The notes under the pieces are model-generated. The model saw only the letters and a list, made by a program, of their open reading frames with translations. It did not search any database and was not told the origin of the DNA. From assembly GCA_037917685.1 (NCBI GenBank), contig JAVCBU010000003.1, positions 65,941 to 129,940 of the forward strand: a stretch of DNA of 64,000 bases, written 5' to 3'. The DNA comes from Thermoproteota archaeon. GTDB lineage: Archaea > Korarchaeota > Korarchaeia > Korarchaeales > JAOZGB01. This document shows, in pieces, positions 44,665-54,530 of this stretch. Position numbers and translations under genes: made by a program. Positions within the stretch are counted from its first letter, which is position 1. Each line of letters opens with the position of its first letter.

Positions 44665-45501
44665 ATGGAAGAGCTTGACAGTGTTTTCGACGGACTGAGC
44701 CATCCGATTAGGAGGAAAATAATTGGGCTTATCGGCGGGAAAGGGCCTCAAACATACAGCCAGCTATTGGAGAAAACCCAACTTCAATCCGGAACCCTAA
44801 ACTACCATCTTGGAAAGCTCAAAGACCTCCTTGTCAAAGACGAGGACGGTAGATATAGCCTGTCACACCTCGGTGTTTTAGCCTATAGAACGATGGAATA
44901 CGCAAGCCAAAACCTGTACAGAGACCAGACAATTGTATTAAAGCCCAACGTATGGTCTAACTTTAAAGGCATCGCTACGGAAGCCTATAGGCTAATCTTG
45001 AAACCATCAGAAGCCTATAACCCTCTTAAACAATCCAAGATAGTCCCGTTGCTCGTATATACATCCATATTAATTCTATCCTTAAACATGGGCGAAGAAG
45101 AATTGATAATCTCAGGTGCAAGCATACCAGCATCCTACATTCTGCTTGACCTACTCTCAAGAATGCTTTATAAGGCGCATGGAAGCTCCCAAACACTACT
45201 ACTATTCACACTTAAATCATTTTATCCACAGGCATTCTACGCGGCTTTAAGGCTTCTACTAAGCCGCTACCTATCCAGAATAGACTATAGACTATACCTG
45301 TTAACATCAGAACTCCTGGTAAAGATGGTCCAGCCTATCATAGCGCTTTGGATCTTCATACTTCTCCTACTAGCGGTTTTAAATGGTAAGAGGATAGATA
45401 GAAGCAAAGCCTTCGTCGTGGTAATTTTCACGTTCCTAATAATAAGAACCGTGTTCGATCAGCTAGGCATAGAAAGGTCGATAATAGCAATAACCTTCTA
45501 G
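44665..45501 (+). CDS. ArsR-type wHTH fused to a multi-TM C-terminal domain
   Basis: The N-terminal LSHPIRRKIIGLI...YSQLLEKTQLQSGTLNYHLGKLKDLLV is followed by hydrophobic helices. Confidence 0.6.
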   Translation: MEELDSVFDGLSHPIRRKIIGLIGGKGPQTYSQLLEKTQLQSGTLNYHLGKLKDLLVKDEDGRYSLSHLGVLAYRTMEYASQNLYRDQTIVLKPNVWSNFKGIATEAYRLILKPSEAYNPLKQSKIVPLLVYTSILILSLNMGEEELIISGASIPASYILLDLLSRMLYKAHGSSQTLLLFTLKSFYPQAFYAALRLLLSRYLSRIDYRLYLLTSELLVKMVQPIIALWIFILLLLAVLNGKRIDRSKAFVVVIFTFLIIRTVFDQLGIERSIIAITF

Positions 45502-45510
45502 ACAAGATTC

Positions 45511-45524
45511 CTCGTCATGACGAG
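45511..45524. promoter_or_regulatory. Perfect 14-bp palindrome CTCGTCATGACGAG between the ArsR-like gene and the downstream membrane-protein operon
   Basis: Read directly from the sequence. A partial repeat CGTCACGAC follows at 45531-45539. Confidence 0.3.
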
Positions 45525-45584
45525 AAAACCCGTCACGACATAAATCTTCAAAATCACTTTATACATAGCCAAACAGTATGGTAA

Positions 45585-45989
45585 TTGGTTAAAATGGGTA
45601 TTGTAGAGTTTCTCGCTGACCTCGGTGGAAGCATAGAAAGGCATATGTCAAGTGCAGGAGTATGCATACTTCTGATAATACTTTCAATGATATTCCACTG
45701 GGCAGCTGTTCTACTGGTAATACTGCTGGCTGCAAACATCTACATAAAAGCCAGAGGGAAAGTCCCCAAGGAGCTTTCAGAGGTTGAGGTAAAGCCTCCA
45801 GAGATTAAGCCCTCAACACTCATGATTCTAATAGGCCTAGCGATGATCGTAGGCGGGGCATGGTGGCTAATAAAGGATCTTCTCCTCATAGAAATACCAG
45901 GGGAGGTTGGCCTAATAGTACTTGGACTACTACTAGTTATAGCGGGAACCATCACGAGGAGCGAATGGGAAGGAGGTGAGCAGGAATGA
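45585..45989 (+). CDS. Small membrane protein
   Basis: This 134-aa ORF has three or four hydrophobic helices. Confidence 0.45.
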   Translation: MVKMGIVEFLADLGGSIERHMSSAGVCILLIILSMIFHWAAVLLVILLAANIYIKARGKVPKELSEVEVKPPEIKPSTLMILIGLAMIVGGAWWLIKDLLLIEIPGEVGLIVLGLLLVIAGTITRSEWEGGEQE

Positions 45990-46165
45990 AAAGTAAGGGG
46001 TTAGGATACCTATTGAAGGGTGCATTCTTCCTGACCATAGGCGCTGGATGGTACATCGCAGCATCGACATCAGCGTCCTTCTCAGCGGCAGCGGCGACAG
46101 TTCTTATAATGCTTGGACTAATAGTAACCCTTTCAGGTCTGCTCGGAGGTGGCGAAAGTGAGTAA
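45986..46165 (+). CDS. 59-aa membrane protein (below the ORF-track cutoff)
   Basis: ATGA start/stop overlap with the upstream ORF. It translates to MKSKGLGYLLKGAFFLTIGAGWYIAASTSASFSAAAATVLIMLGLIVTLSGLLGGGESE. Confidence 0.35.
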   Translation: MKSKGLGYLLKGAFFLTIGAGWYIAASTSASFSAAAATVLIMLGLIVTLSGLLGGGESE

Positions 46166-47264
46166 GAGCCGCAAGAAAGGTCACGGATCCGCAGCTGCTA
46201 GGATAGGATGGGTGCTTATAGGGATTGGCCTGTTCTTCCTATTGCTAACAGAGGTCCCATGGAGCCAATATTCCAGCAGGTACAGAGCACTAACACTAAT
46301 AGGTGTAGGAGCAGGCCTGATACTATGCTACACAGCCCAGCAGAAGGCGAAAAGAGCCGGGGTAGTCCAGACAATATACGGTGTAAACGTAATGCTAACG
46401 GCTGTGGGGCTTGCAGTGATAATAGCCTCAATACCAGCGTTCATAACCATGTGGGGAGGCTTCCCATTCATATGGTCACCTGGGCCGTACAGCATGACGA
46501 GGAACGGAACAGTACCAATAGAAGCGGAAAGCCTATCAGAGGCAGCGTTCAGCATCGAATACGTCAACGGGAACCTTGAAGTGGGCGAATACGAGGGAGA
46601 ATATATAATGATAAACTACACATTGGAGGGAAGAGGCATAAGCCAAGAATCAGTTGAGGATCTAATGGGGAAAACAAAGCTTAACATCGACAGAAGAATC
46701 GTAGACGGGAAAGCCGAGATAGACATAAACCTTGAAGCTCCAACAAAATTCTGGGTCTACGTGGACCTCCACATAATGGTACCGGAAAGAATAGTGGCCA
46801 CTATCGAAGCAAACCTTGTTTCATCAGACGTAACCATTAGTGACATAAGCTGCGAAAAACTGGAGTTAGAGATGGTAAATGGAGAAATAAAGCTTAGAAA
46901 CGTCAGCGCCACCAGGGTTAACATAGAAAATGTAAACGGCGAGATAGACCTAGAACTAGCTGCAAAGCTGGCCAGAGTCCAAAACACAAATGGAGAGATA
47001 AAAATAGGAATCTTGGGGCCAGGGGAGTACAATCTTCAGACAATCAACGGGGGAATAACGGTAAGCTCAGGCTACAAAGGGGATGTAGGCGTATACCTGA
47101 ATGCTGAGACAATAAATGGGGATATCGACTTCAACATGCCAGGCATCATAGTCGAGAAGACGAAGAGGTCGCTAAGAGCACAGTCAGACAACTATGACGT
47201 GGCAACGATGAAAGTCTACATATATGCTGAAACCGTAAATGGCTCGATAGAGATTAACCCGTAA
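46149..47264 (+). CDS. Membrane-anchored DUF4097-like (putative adhesin / LiaF-like beta-helix) protein
   Basis: N-terminal TM helices are followed by repeated (V/I/T)NG(E/D/G/S)I(K/D/T/E)(L/I/V/F) units: VNGEIKL, VNGEIDL, TNGEIKI, INGGITV, INGDIDF, VNGSIEI. Confidence 0.6.
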   Translation: MAKVSKSRKKGHGSAAARIGWVLIGIGLFFLLLTEVPWSQYSSRYRALTLIGVGAGLILCYTAQQKAKRAGVVQTIYGVNVMLTAVGLAVIIASIPAFITMWGGFPFIWSPGPYSMTRNGTVPIEAESLSEAAFSIEYVNGNLEVGEYEGEYIMINYTLEGRGISQESVEDLMGKTKLNIDRRIVDGKAEIDINLEAPTKFWVYVDLHIMVPERIVATIEANLVSSDVTISDISCEKLELEMVNGEIKLRNVSATRVNIENVNGEIDLELAAKLARVQNTNGEIKIGILGPGEYNLQTINGGITVSSGYKGDVGVYLNAETINGDIDFNMPGIIVEKTKRSLRAQSDNYDVATMKVYIYAETVNGSIEINP

Positions 47265-47295
47265 AACTTTAAGCCTCTCAAACCCATCCTTTTTT

Positions 47296-47580
47296 ATGCT
47301 GAAATTTCTAAGCACACTAATATTTTTCATAGGACTTTACACGTACATTGGAATTGAAAGGAATAGAATCTCGTTTGAACTATGGCTCATTTCCTGGCTA
47401 ATCCTTCCATTAGCCTCTATAACACTATGCATTCTAGCCCTCAAATATGGTCACCTCACAAGCCTGGCCCTGGGTTCATCGGTTTCAAGTCTCACAGCCC
47501 TAACACTGCACGTAGCTCATCACATCCAAGAATATAAGAGAGCAAAAGACAATGAGGATACGTCTACTAAACTCGCATGA
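47296..47580 (+). CDS. Small membrane protein
   Basis: This 94-aa ORF has three hydrophobic segments. Confidence 0.4.
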   Translation: MLKFLSTLIFFIGLYTYIGIERNRISFELWLISWLILPLASITLCILALKYGHLTSLALGSSVSSLTALTLHVAHHIQEYKRAKDNEDTSTKLA

Positions 47581-47643
47581 TGATGCCCGCACTGCCACCG
47601 AGCTTTTAATATTAATAGCGGGGATATTGTTACGTAGACCATT

Positions 47644-49920
47644 ATGGATTCATATTCAGGCCTCTACTATTATGCTGACTATAACGAGAAATACAAAGCT
47701 ATTTCAATATTCCTTAAAACCCATAATAGCTACGTAGAGTGTCTACTAGAAGATAAACCATACTTCTACATCCCCTACGATCCAGCCGTTCACAAAAGCC
47801 TAGCCACCTTAGCCTTCAGGTATAAAGGGCGGACTATAAGGCATGCAAAGGTGGAGGCTGTCGAATCACTGGATATGGGAGTTAAGAAGAGATTCTTAAA
47901 GGTTTGTGTGGATCATCCCGACGATAGGAGGCTCATTGAGAGGAGACTTAAGGTTAAAGGTAGAGAAGTAGACTTTCCGGAATGGCAGCAAATAACCCAG
48001 GACTATAATCTTCCACCATTTAGTAATGTAAAAGTCGTGGGATCTATGCATGGAGGAGTTATAAGGGCCAAGGAAATAACAGTTATAGGTGAAGGCGATC
48101 TTGAGAGCTTAAAGCCCTTATACTTTTACTACATTCCCCATAGCAAGAGGGGCTACCCAAAACCCGAAGATGACCCCATACTCCTAATAGCATACTATTT
48201 CGACGGAGAAAAAGGCTTGTTAAAAGCCGACGGGCTTGACGACAAACAGCTGGTAGAAGATTTCATCTCCATAGTGAAAAGGTTAGACCCTGACATCCTC
48301 ATTAGTCACAGTCAGGACTCCGAGTTCTTCCCTCACCTGTTAACCCGAGCAAAGATCCACGGTGTAAAAGTTAGTATAGGGAGAGATGGAAGCGAACCCT
48401 TGGAAACTGGGAAGTACTTTAGAGGGATGATACTAAAAGAGTACGTCATAAGGGGGAGAATCAACTTTGACATCTTCCCCGTGGCATGGAGAGACTTTCC
48501 AGAGCTACCTACGAAGTCTATAGGTGAAATATGCTCTAAGTTGGGCCTAAGAGAGCCTAAGATAGTGCCTTTACACAAAGTTTCCCGGTACTTCAAAGCC
48601 AGCCCAGAAATAGTCGAGCGATCAGCTATTGAGGGGTTAGACGCCATAATAAGAGTATCGGAGAAGCTTCTGCCATTCCAGTACCAGCTTTCAAGGTTAA
48701 CGTTGCTCCCTCTGCACCAGCAAATAAGAACAACGGTTGGAGACTTGGTTGAAGCAAAGGTGTCATACGAGATGAAAAGAAGGGGGTGGGTTCAGCCAAG
48801 AAGACCATCTAAGAGAGTGGTAAGCTACTATCTGGGAGGCCTTGTATGGCTTAAGGAGCCAGGTATTTACGAGAATGTAGGGTACCTCGATTTCAGATCT
48901 ATGTATCCAAGTATCATCGTAAAATACAACATATCCGCTGAGACGGTTGATCCGCCACCGGGACTATGCAAGGATGGAATAGAGCTTGTAGAAGTCGGGA
49001 ATGTTAGGCATGAAGTGTGTAAGACGGTTAAAGGTCTAATAGCTGGAATCGTAGAGGAGCTTATGGAGACACGTTTTAAACTTAAGGATAAACTTAGAAG
49101 TCTTAAGGAGGGAACGCCTGAATACCTGCGGATAGACGCAATGCAACATGCAGTCAAAGTTATAGCCAATGCCTCCTATGGATACATGGGTTGGACAACA
49201 TCTCTCATGTACGATAAGTCTGCTGCAGAGCTCATAACAGCTCTCGGCAGGAAATTCATTGAAGATGTTAGAAACTATGTGGAGGATAAAGGATACACCC
49301 CAATATACATGGATACTGATGGAATACAGGTTATAGGTGGAAATGAGGAAAAATATCTTCAGCTTGTAGATATGATAAATAAGGATTTCCCTCTAATCAT
49401 AGAATATGAGTATACTGCTAAGAGGGCGGTCTATTTCACCAAGAAAAAATATGCACACCTAGTGGATGGTAAAATAATAGCTAAAGGGTTTGAATTCATA
49501 AGAAAAGACTACCCGAAAATAGTAAAAGACGCCCAGAGGGAGGCTATTACAATAATACTCAAAGGAGGAACAGTAAAAGATGCGAAAGAAGCATATGACA
49601 AGTATATAGAAAAGCTCAGAAGGGGAGACGTAACAATAGAAGATCTAACTATCACAGAGCAGCTTGGCAAGAAGCTTGGCGAGTTTGAAAGACTTACAAA
49701 GGCCTCTGCTGCAGCCATGTGGCTCCTTGAGAAGGAAGGGATAGAGATACACCGCGGACAAAACATAAACATAGTAATAATAAAAGGCGGGGGAGGAATC
49801 AACGAAAGGGCAAGGCCAGCTGAGTTTTACGAGGTGGAAGACTGCGATCTAAACTATTATCTCCAGCTATTAACCCAGGTGAAGGAGAGAGACCTCCGGA
49901 AGCTTAAACACCAATCGTAG
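47644..49920 (+). CDS. polB: Family B DNA polymerase
   Basis: Motif A is LDFRSMYPSII, motif B is KVIANASYGY and motif C is IYMDTDG. Confidence 0.9.
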   Translation: MDSYSGLYYYADYNEKYKAISIFLKTHNSYVECLLEDKPYFYIPYDPAVHKSLATLAFRYKGRTIRHAKVEAVESLDMGVKKRFLKVCVDHPDDRRLIERRLKVKGREVDFPEWQQITQDYNLPPFSNVKVVGSMHGGVIRAKEITVIGEGDLESLKPLYFYYIPHSKRGYPKPEDDPILLIAYYFDGEKGLLKADGLDDKQLVEDFISIVKRLDPDILISHSQDSEFFPHLLTRAKIHGVKVSIGRDGSEPLETGKYFRGMILKEYVIRGRINFDIFPVAWRDFPELPTKSIGEICSKLGLREPKIVPLHKVSRYFKASPEIVERSAIEGLDAIIRVSEKLLPFQYQLSRLTLLPLHQQIRTTVGDLVEAKVSYEMKRRGWVQPRRPSKRVVSYYLGGLVWLKEPGIYENVGYLDFRSMYPSIIVKYNISAETVDPPPGLCKDGIELVEVGNVRHEVCKTVKGLIAGIVEELMETRFKLKDKLRSLKEGTPEYLRIDAMQHAVKVIANASYGYMGWTTSLMYDKSAAELITALGRKFIEDVRNYVEDKGYTPIYMDTDGIQVIGGNEEKYLQLVDMINKDFPLIIEYEYTAKRAVYFTKKKYAHLVDGKIIAKGFEFIRKDYPKIVKDAQREAITIILKGGTVKDAKEAYDKYIEKLRRGDVTIEDLTITEQLGKKLGEFERLTKASAAAMWLLEKEGIEIHRGQNINIVIIKGGGGINERARPAEFYEVEDCDLNYYLQLLTQVKERDLRKLKHQS

Positions 49921-49992
49921 AAGGACAAGACTGGCACTCGTAGAACTAACTCTTTATAAGTCTCGCTTGGTAATAGGCTATTTAGACCTCTC

Positions 49993-51717
49993 ATGAAGTT
50001 CATCCAGCTCTCACAGTATTTTAAAAAGCTTGAGGAAACTTCCTCAAGACTAGACATGATAGCTATACTCTCCGACCTTCTAAGAAAAGCTGAACCGTCC
50101 GAGATTGACAAGGTTGTATACCTCTGTATGGCCCAGCTTAAGCCACCCTATACTGGGGTAGAACTTGGCATGGGCGAAAAACTTATTATGAGATCCATTG
50201 CTATGGCCACCGGGAAGCCTATAGGAGAGGTTTCAAAACTCTACAAGGAAATAGGCGACCTAGGATCGGTCGCCCAAAAGCTTGTAACCTGGGAGGGAGC
50301 CGGCCTGGAGGTTTCCGAGGTCTACGAGAGGCTCCTTAAGATTGCTGAAACATCGGGTGAAGGGGCGATAAAAAGGAAGGTTGAGCTTCTGGCATCTCTC
50401 ATAAAAGACTGCTCCCCCCTTGAAGCAGTCTACCTTGTAAGATTCGTAGATGGTAAGCTTAGGCTAGGAGCTGGAGATGCAACGATCATGGAAGCACTAT
50501 CACTTGCAAAAACTGGGGCGCGGAAGTTAAAGGCGAGGATTGAGATAAAATATAACTACTGCTCGGATCTCGGCCTAGTTGCTGGGAAATTCATGGAAAA
50601 AGGAATCTCCGGCCTCGAAGAGATTAAGATCACACCCGGCATTCCGGTCAGACCAGCCCTCGCGGAGAGGCTTCAAAGCCCTGAAGAAATAATTAAAAAG
50701 ATCGGGAAATGCTCCGTGGAAGCCAAGTATGATGGTTTTAGATGTCAAGTGCATAAGGACGGTGAAAAAGTTGAAATCTTCTCTAGAAGGCTTGAAAGAA
50801 CAACCCATATGTTCCCTGAGATAGTTGAAGGAGCGAGAAAGCAGATAGCGGCTGAGCAGGCGATAATAGAGGGGGAAGCGCTAGCCTATAATGAAGATAC
50901 CGGCGAGTTCTACCCATTCCAAGTCACAATCCAAAGGAAGAGAAAGTATGGGGTTGAAGAAATGGCTAAAGAATACCCGCTAAAACTCTTCTGCTTCGAC
51001 CTCCTCTATCTTGACGGTGAAGACTATACTAGAAAGCCCTATATTGTAAGATTTAATAAGTTACTGGAAATACTCAAGGAGGGCGAAGTCCTTGCACCTG
51101 CTGACCGTATAATAACTGATGATCCCAAGGAACTCCACGATTACTTCATGAAGCTGATAGAGAGAGGCCTCGAGGGAATCGTTGCAAAAAGGCTTAACAG
51201 CCCCTATCAGGCGGGTGCGAGGAACTTCAACTGGATCAAGCTTAAAAGAAGCTACAGAGGAAAGCTTGCAGATACGATAGACGTTGTAATAGTTGGATAC
51301 TTCAAGGGAAGAGGTAAAAGGGCTAAATTCGGAGTAGGAGCCCTCCTTGGAGCCGTATATGATAAGGAGACGGATACGTTCAAAACAGTTGCAAAGATAG
51401 GCTCAGGACTAACGGAGGAGCAGCTTACCAAGCTAAACGAGATATTCCAGGACATCAAGGTAGACCATAAGCCTCCAAGAGTTGACAGCCTAATAGAGCC
51501 TGACGTGTGGGTTCAGCCCAAGCTTGTATTCACGGTTAAGGCAGACGAAATCACAAGAAGTCCAGTACATACTTGTGGAAAGGAAGGTGACCAGCCAGGA
51601 TACGCCCTAAGATTCCCAAGAGTTGAGGGCTGGATAAGGGAGGATAAAGGCCCAGAAGACGCAACTACGGTGAAAGAAATTATAGAGATGTACGAACAAC
51701 AGTTCGTGCATAGGTGA
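49993..51717 (+). CDS. lig: ATP-dependent DNA ligase
   Basis: Motif I is EAKYDGFRCQV with the adenylation lysine. EGIVAK and a C-terminal OB domain are present, and the 574-aa size is typical of archaeal Lig. Confidence 0.95.
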   Translation: MKFIQLSQYFKKLEETSSRLDMIAILSDLLRKAEPSEIDKVVYLCMAQLKPPYTGVELGMGEKLIMRSIAMATGKPIGEVSKLYKEIGDLGSVAQKLVTWEGAGLEVSEVYERLLKIAETSGEGAIKRKVELLASLIKDCSPLEAVYLVRFVDGKLRLGAGDATIMEALSLAKTGARKLKARIEIKYNYCSDLGLVAGKFMEKGISGLEEIKITPGIPVRPALAERLQSPEEIIKKIGKCSVEAKYDGFRCQVHKDGEKVEIFSRRLERTTHMFPEIVEGARKQIAAEQAIIEGEALAYNEDTGEFYPFQVTIQRKRKYGVEEMAKEYPLKLFCFDLLYLDGEDYTRKPYIVRFNKLLEILKEGEVLAPADRIITDDPKELHDYFMKLIERGLEGIVAKRLNSPYQAGARNFNWIKLKRSYRGKLADTIDVVIVGYFKGRGKRAKFGVGALLGAVYDKETDTFKTVAKIGSGLTEEQLTKLNEIFQDIKVDHKPPRVDSLIEPDVWVQPKLVFTVKADEITRSPVHTCGKEGDQPGYALRFPRVEGWIREDKGPEDATTVKEIIEMYEQQFVHR

Positions 51718-51721
51718 AACT

Positions 51722-52531
51722 TTGAATAAGAAATGGAAATACTCACTTCTAGCCTTTCTATCCGTAGCCCTGGCATTTGCTGCAAGAACCTTTGACATAT
51801 TTTATCTAAACTCTCCGAGGTATCCCGGCCACATAATCCTCTCTAAACTTGCAGGAACCATAATCCTAGTTTTCTTCATAGGATTTACAGAAGTGTCATG
51901 GCGAGAAACTGGGTTCTCACGTGAAAAACTATACTGGAACACTATGGTAGGTGTACTCCTTTCAATAATATACCTTGCCCTGTTCAACCTTTTTAGCGAT
52001 GCACTCTCAGCGTTTCTTAAGGGGGGAAGTTTCACGCTAACCTTTAAGTGCAACTTTGACCCTTCAAGGAGAGACGATTGGCTTATGTTCTCCATGTTAA
52101 TCCTGAACATGCCCTGTGAGGAAGGCCTATTCAGAGGCGTCCTCCAGAGCCGGCTGGCCCAGGTCATAGGCTGGACGAGGGCAAACCTCGTCCAGGCGCT
52201 TCTTTTTGGGCTGTGGCATCTGGTATGGCCCAAATACTACACAAAAACAATCTTCAACCTTTATGCTGCTAGATATGTGGCCTACACATTCGTCTTCGGC
52301 CTTCTCATGGGATACATCTTCCAATATACCCGTCTCCTCATTATCCCAATACTGATCCACTTTATAGGTGGTGATAACGCTTTTGAAATAAACTTGATCA
52401 ACATAGTTGATAGCGGACGGGGTAGCTGGATAATAGACGTTTCTATCTTGATTGCCATGTGGGCTGTATACTTTACGTTAACAATTTACGTGGTCAAAAA
52501 GATGAGGGAGAAGATCTCAATAGCATTCTAA
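51722..52531 (+). CDS. CPBP-family intramembrane glutamic endopeptidase (CAAX protease/Abi)
   Basis: EEGLFRGVLQ and FGLWH are present, with a later HFIGG, all set in TM helices. Confidence 0.75.
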   Translation: MNKKWKYSLLAFLSVALAFAARTFDIFYLNSPRYPGHIILSKLAGTIILVFFIGFTEVSWRETGFSREKLYWNTMVGVLLSIIYLALFNLFSDALSAFLKGGSFTLTFKCNFDPSRRDDWLMFSMLILNMPCEEGLFRGVLQSRLAQVIGWTRANLVQALLFGLWHLVWPKYYTKTIFNLYAARYVAYTFVFGLLMGYIFQYTRLLIIPILIHFIGGDNAFEINLINIVDSGRGSWIIDVSILIAMWAVYFTLTIYVVKKMREKISIAF

Positions 52532-52544
52532 CCTATGCCATCCG

Positions 52545-53399
52545 TTAAACCTCTATTGTTATAACCACGTATAGCTGAGTGGTGAAGGCCTCAAAACCCA
52601 TTTCCGACAGTTGTTTCGCCACGTTTTCTGCGAATCCCTTATCACCGGGAGCTCTAGGGGCTAGAATAACCTTCTCGGGGTTATTCAACCAGTTTAGCGC
52701 TTGAACTAGCACTTCTGTGTGGGTAGGCGTAAATACGGCTACGTCGCAACTACCAGCTTTAGAGATGAACTCCTCGACATCAGTTGACTCCCCGTAGAAT
52801 AGTGAAACTTTCCCCACTTTTATGAGGTAAGCCGCCGTCGACTGAGCAGCTGGATTTATAAAGGATTCCACTTGTGCTAAGCCAAACCTATAGGTCTTGT
52901 TATCCTCAACAGTGACTACAAGTTCCTTAAGGCTATCAGGCAAAGTGAGAGATACAGCTTCTGTCGTCAGTATTGGGCAACTGTATTTCTTAGCAATCTG
53001 TATAAGCAAGTCTGAATCGTAATTATCAGAGCCTGTAATGACTATTACATCTAACCATGGGATTAATTCAGCTTCATCACCAGAGAAAAGGTTTGGATCC
53101 ACCAGCATACTAAAACCGCAAACCTCATACAGGAAACTATCCCTTGACAGTTGTACAATAATTATTTTGTTCTCAGCCCCGGTTGTAGAAGTGAACTCAT
53201 CAATGGCATTTTTAAATTCTATCCTAACCTCCACCCTGAAGAACTTGAAGTATATAAATGCGGCTCCAGTCAGCATAGCTGACAAAGCTATAACAATGTA
53301 GATGAGTGATATCACTAACCGGCGTTTCCCACGTGCTGAAGCCATCAGTTCAGCTTTAGAACCATAAGGAATTTTAAAGTTGACGCCCCTGAATAGCAT
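52545..53399 (-). CDS. Membrane-anchored protein of unknown function (weak MBL-fold-like layout without the His motif)
   Basis: It has an N-terminal TM helix (LVISLIYIVIALSAMLTGAAFIYF). The remainder is alpha/beta-like. No catalytic motif was recognised. Confidence 0.35.
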   Translation of the reverse strand: MLFRGVNFKIPYGSKAELMASARGKRRLVISLIYIVIALSAMLTGAAFIYFKFFRVEVRIEFKNAIDEFTSTTGAENKIIIVQLSRDSFLYEVCGFSMLVDPNLFSGDEAELIPWLDVIVITGSDNYDSDLLIQIAKKYSCPILTTEAVSLTLPDSLKELVVTVEDNKTYRFGLAQVESFINPAAQSTAAYLIKVGKVSLFYGESTDVEEFISKAGSCDVAVFTPTHTEVLVQALNWLNNPEKVILAPRAPGDKGFAENVAKQLSEMGFEAFTTQLYVVITIEV

Positions 53400-54479
53400 G
53401 TGACATGTACACTAGGAATAGTCAAGGGGGGCAGATACGCTGAAGTAGCCACCACACCCTACAGTCTTAAAGACGTCTGGACAGGCAGGATAAAAATATT
53501 CTACGAGCTCGCGCAGAAGCTTGAAAGTATAGTGTATATTCAGCCGCAGCCGGCCAGGCGTGAAGACCTCCTCTATGCTCACACGGAGGACTACATAGAG
53601 TACGTGGCTAAAGAGAGCATGAAAGGCCGGGGCTACCTGGACTATGGGGATACTCCATCGTATAAGGGGGTTTACGAGGATGTCCTACTTCTTGTAGGGG
53701 GAACCCTCAAGGCACTCGAATACGTCTATGAGGGGAAGGTTGACCATGCGTTCGCACCAAACGGGGGTTTCCACCACGCTGAAGCCTCATCTGCAGGTGG
53801 GTTCTGTGTGTTCAACGATGTTGCCATCGCCGCCAGAAAAGCAGTTAGAGACTACGGGTTTAGGAGGGTTGCCATTATAGACATCGATGGCCACCACGGT
53901 AACGGAACTCAGTGGATACTTTACAAGGATCCAATACTAAAGTTCTCATTCCACAGATACGGAGGATACTTCTACCCTGGGACAGGATGGATAGACGAGA
54001 GAGGCGAAGGAGAGGGAGAAGGCTACAACTACAATATACCCTTACCAGCAGGCTCCGGGGACGATGCATTCCTCTACGCTTTCAAAAACATAGTTGTGCC
54101 AATACTGGAGGGCTACAGGCCTGAAGCGATTATATCCCAGCTTGGCGCTGACGGCCACCGTGGAGATCCCCTTGTAGGGCTAAATCTCACAATTAAGACA
54201 TACGCAAACGTTGGTTCACACCTTCATAGAATAGCCCACAAATATAATTCAATACTAATAGGTACCGGAGGAGGCGGATACCAATATAGCGAGGTAGCAA
54301 AGGCCTGGCTAACAATAGCAAAGTCATGGATTTACTGCTGGGAAGACTTCTGGAACATAATGGGAGAAATTAAGGGGACAGTTTCGGACCCGTCCACCCT
54401 ACACATGATCAAAGATGTTGTCGAAAAACACAGGAAGGTTGCATCACAGAAGTTAAACATAGAATTCCCCGAGGCATGA
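53400..54479 (+). CDS. Histone deacetylase-family enzyme (AcuC/acetoin utilisation/deacetylase)
   Basis: GGFHHAEASSAGGFCVFNDVAIAA and IDIDGHHGNGTQ are present, giving the HDAC catalytic His pair and Zn ligands. Confidence 0.85.
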   Translation: MTCTLGIVKGGRYAEVATTPYSLKDVWTGRIKIFYELAQKLESIVYIQPQPARREDLLYAHTEDYIEYVAKESMKGRGYLDYGDTPSYKGVYEDVLLLVGGTLKALEYVYEGKVDHAFAPNGGFHHAEASSAGGFCVFNDVAIAARKAVRDYGFRRVAIIDIDGHHGNGTQWILYKDPILKFSFHRYGGYFYPGTGWIDERGEGEGEGYNYNIPLPAGSGDDAFLYAFKNIVVPILEGYRPEAIISQLGADGHRGDPLVGLNLTIKTYANVGSHLHRIAHKYNSILIGTGGGGYQYSEVAKAWLTIAKSWIYCWEDFWNIMGEIKGTVSDPSTLHMIKDVVEKHRKVASQKLNIEFPEA

Positions 54480-54530
54480 GCTTTTAAAGAGCAGTGTGCT
54501 TTTAAATGAACTGTGTGATTTCGCTCATAA

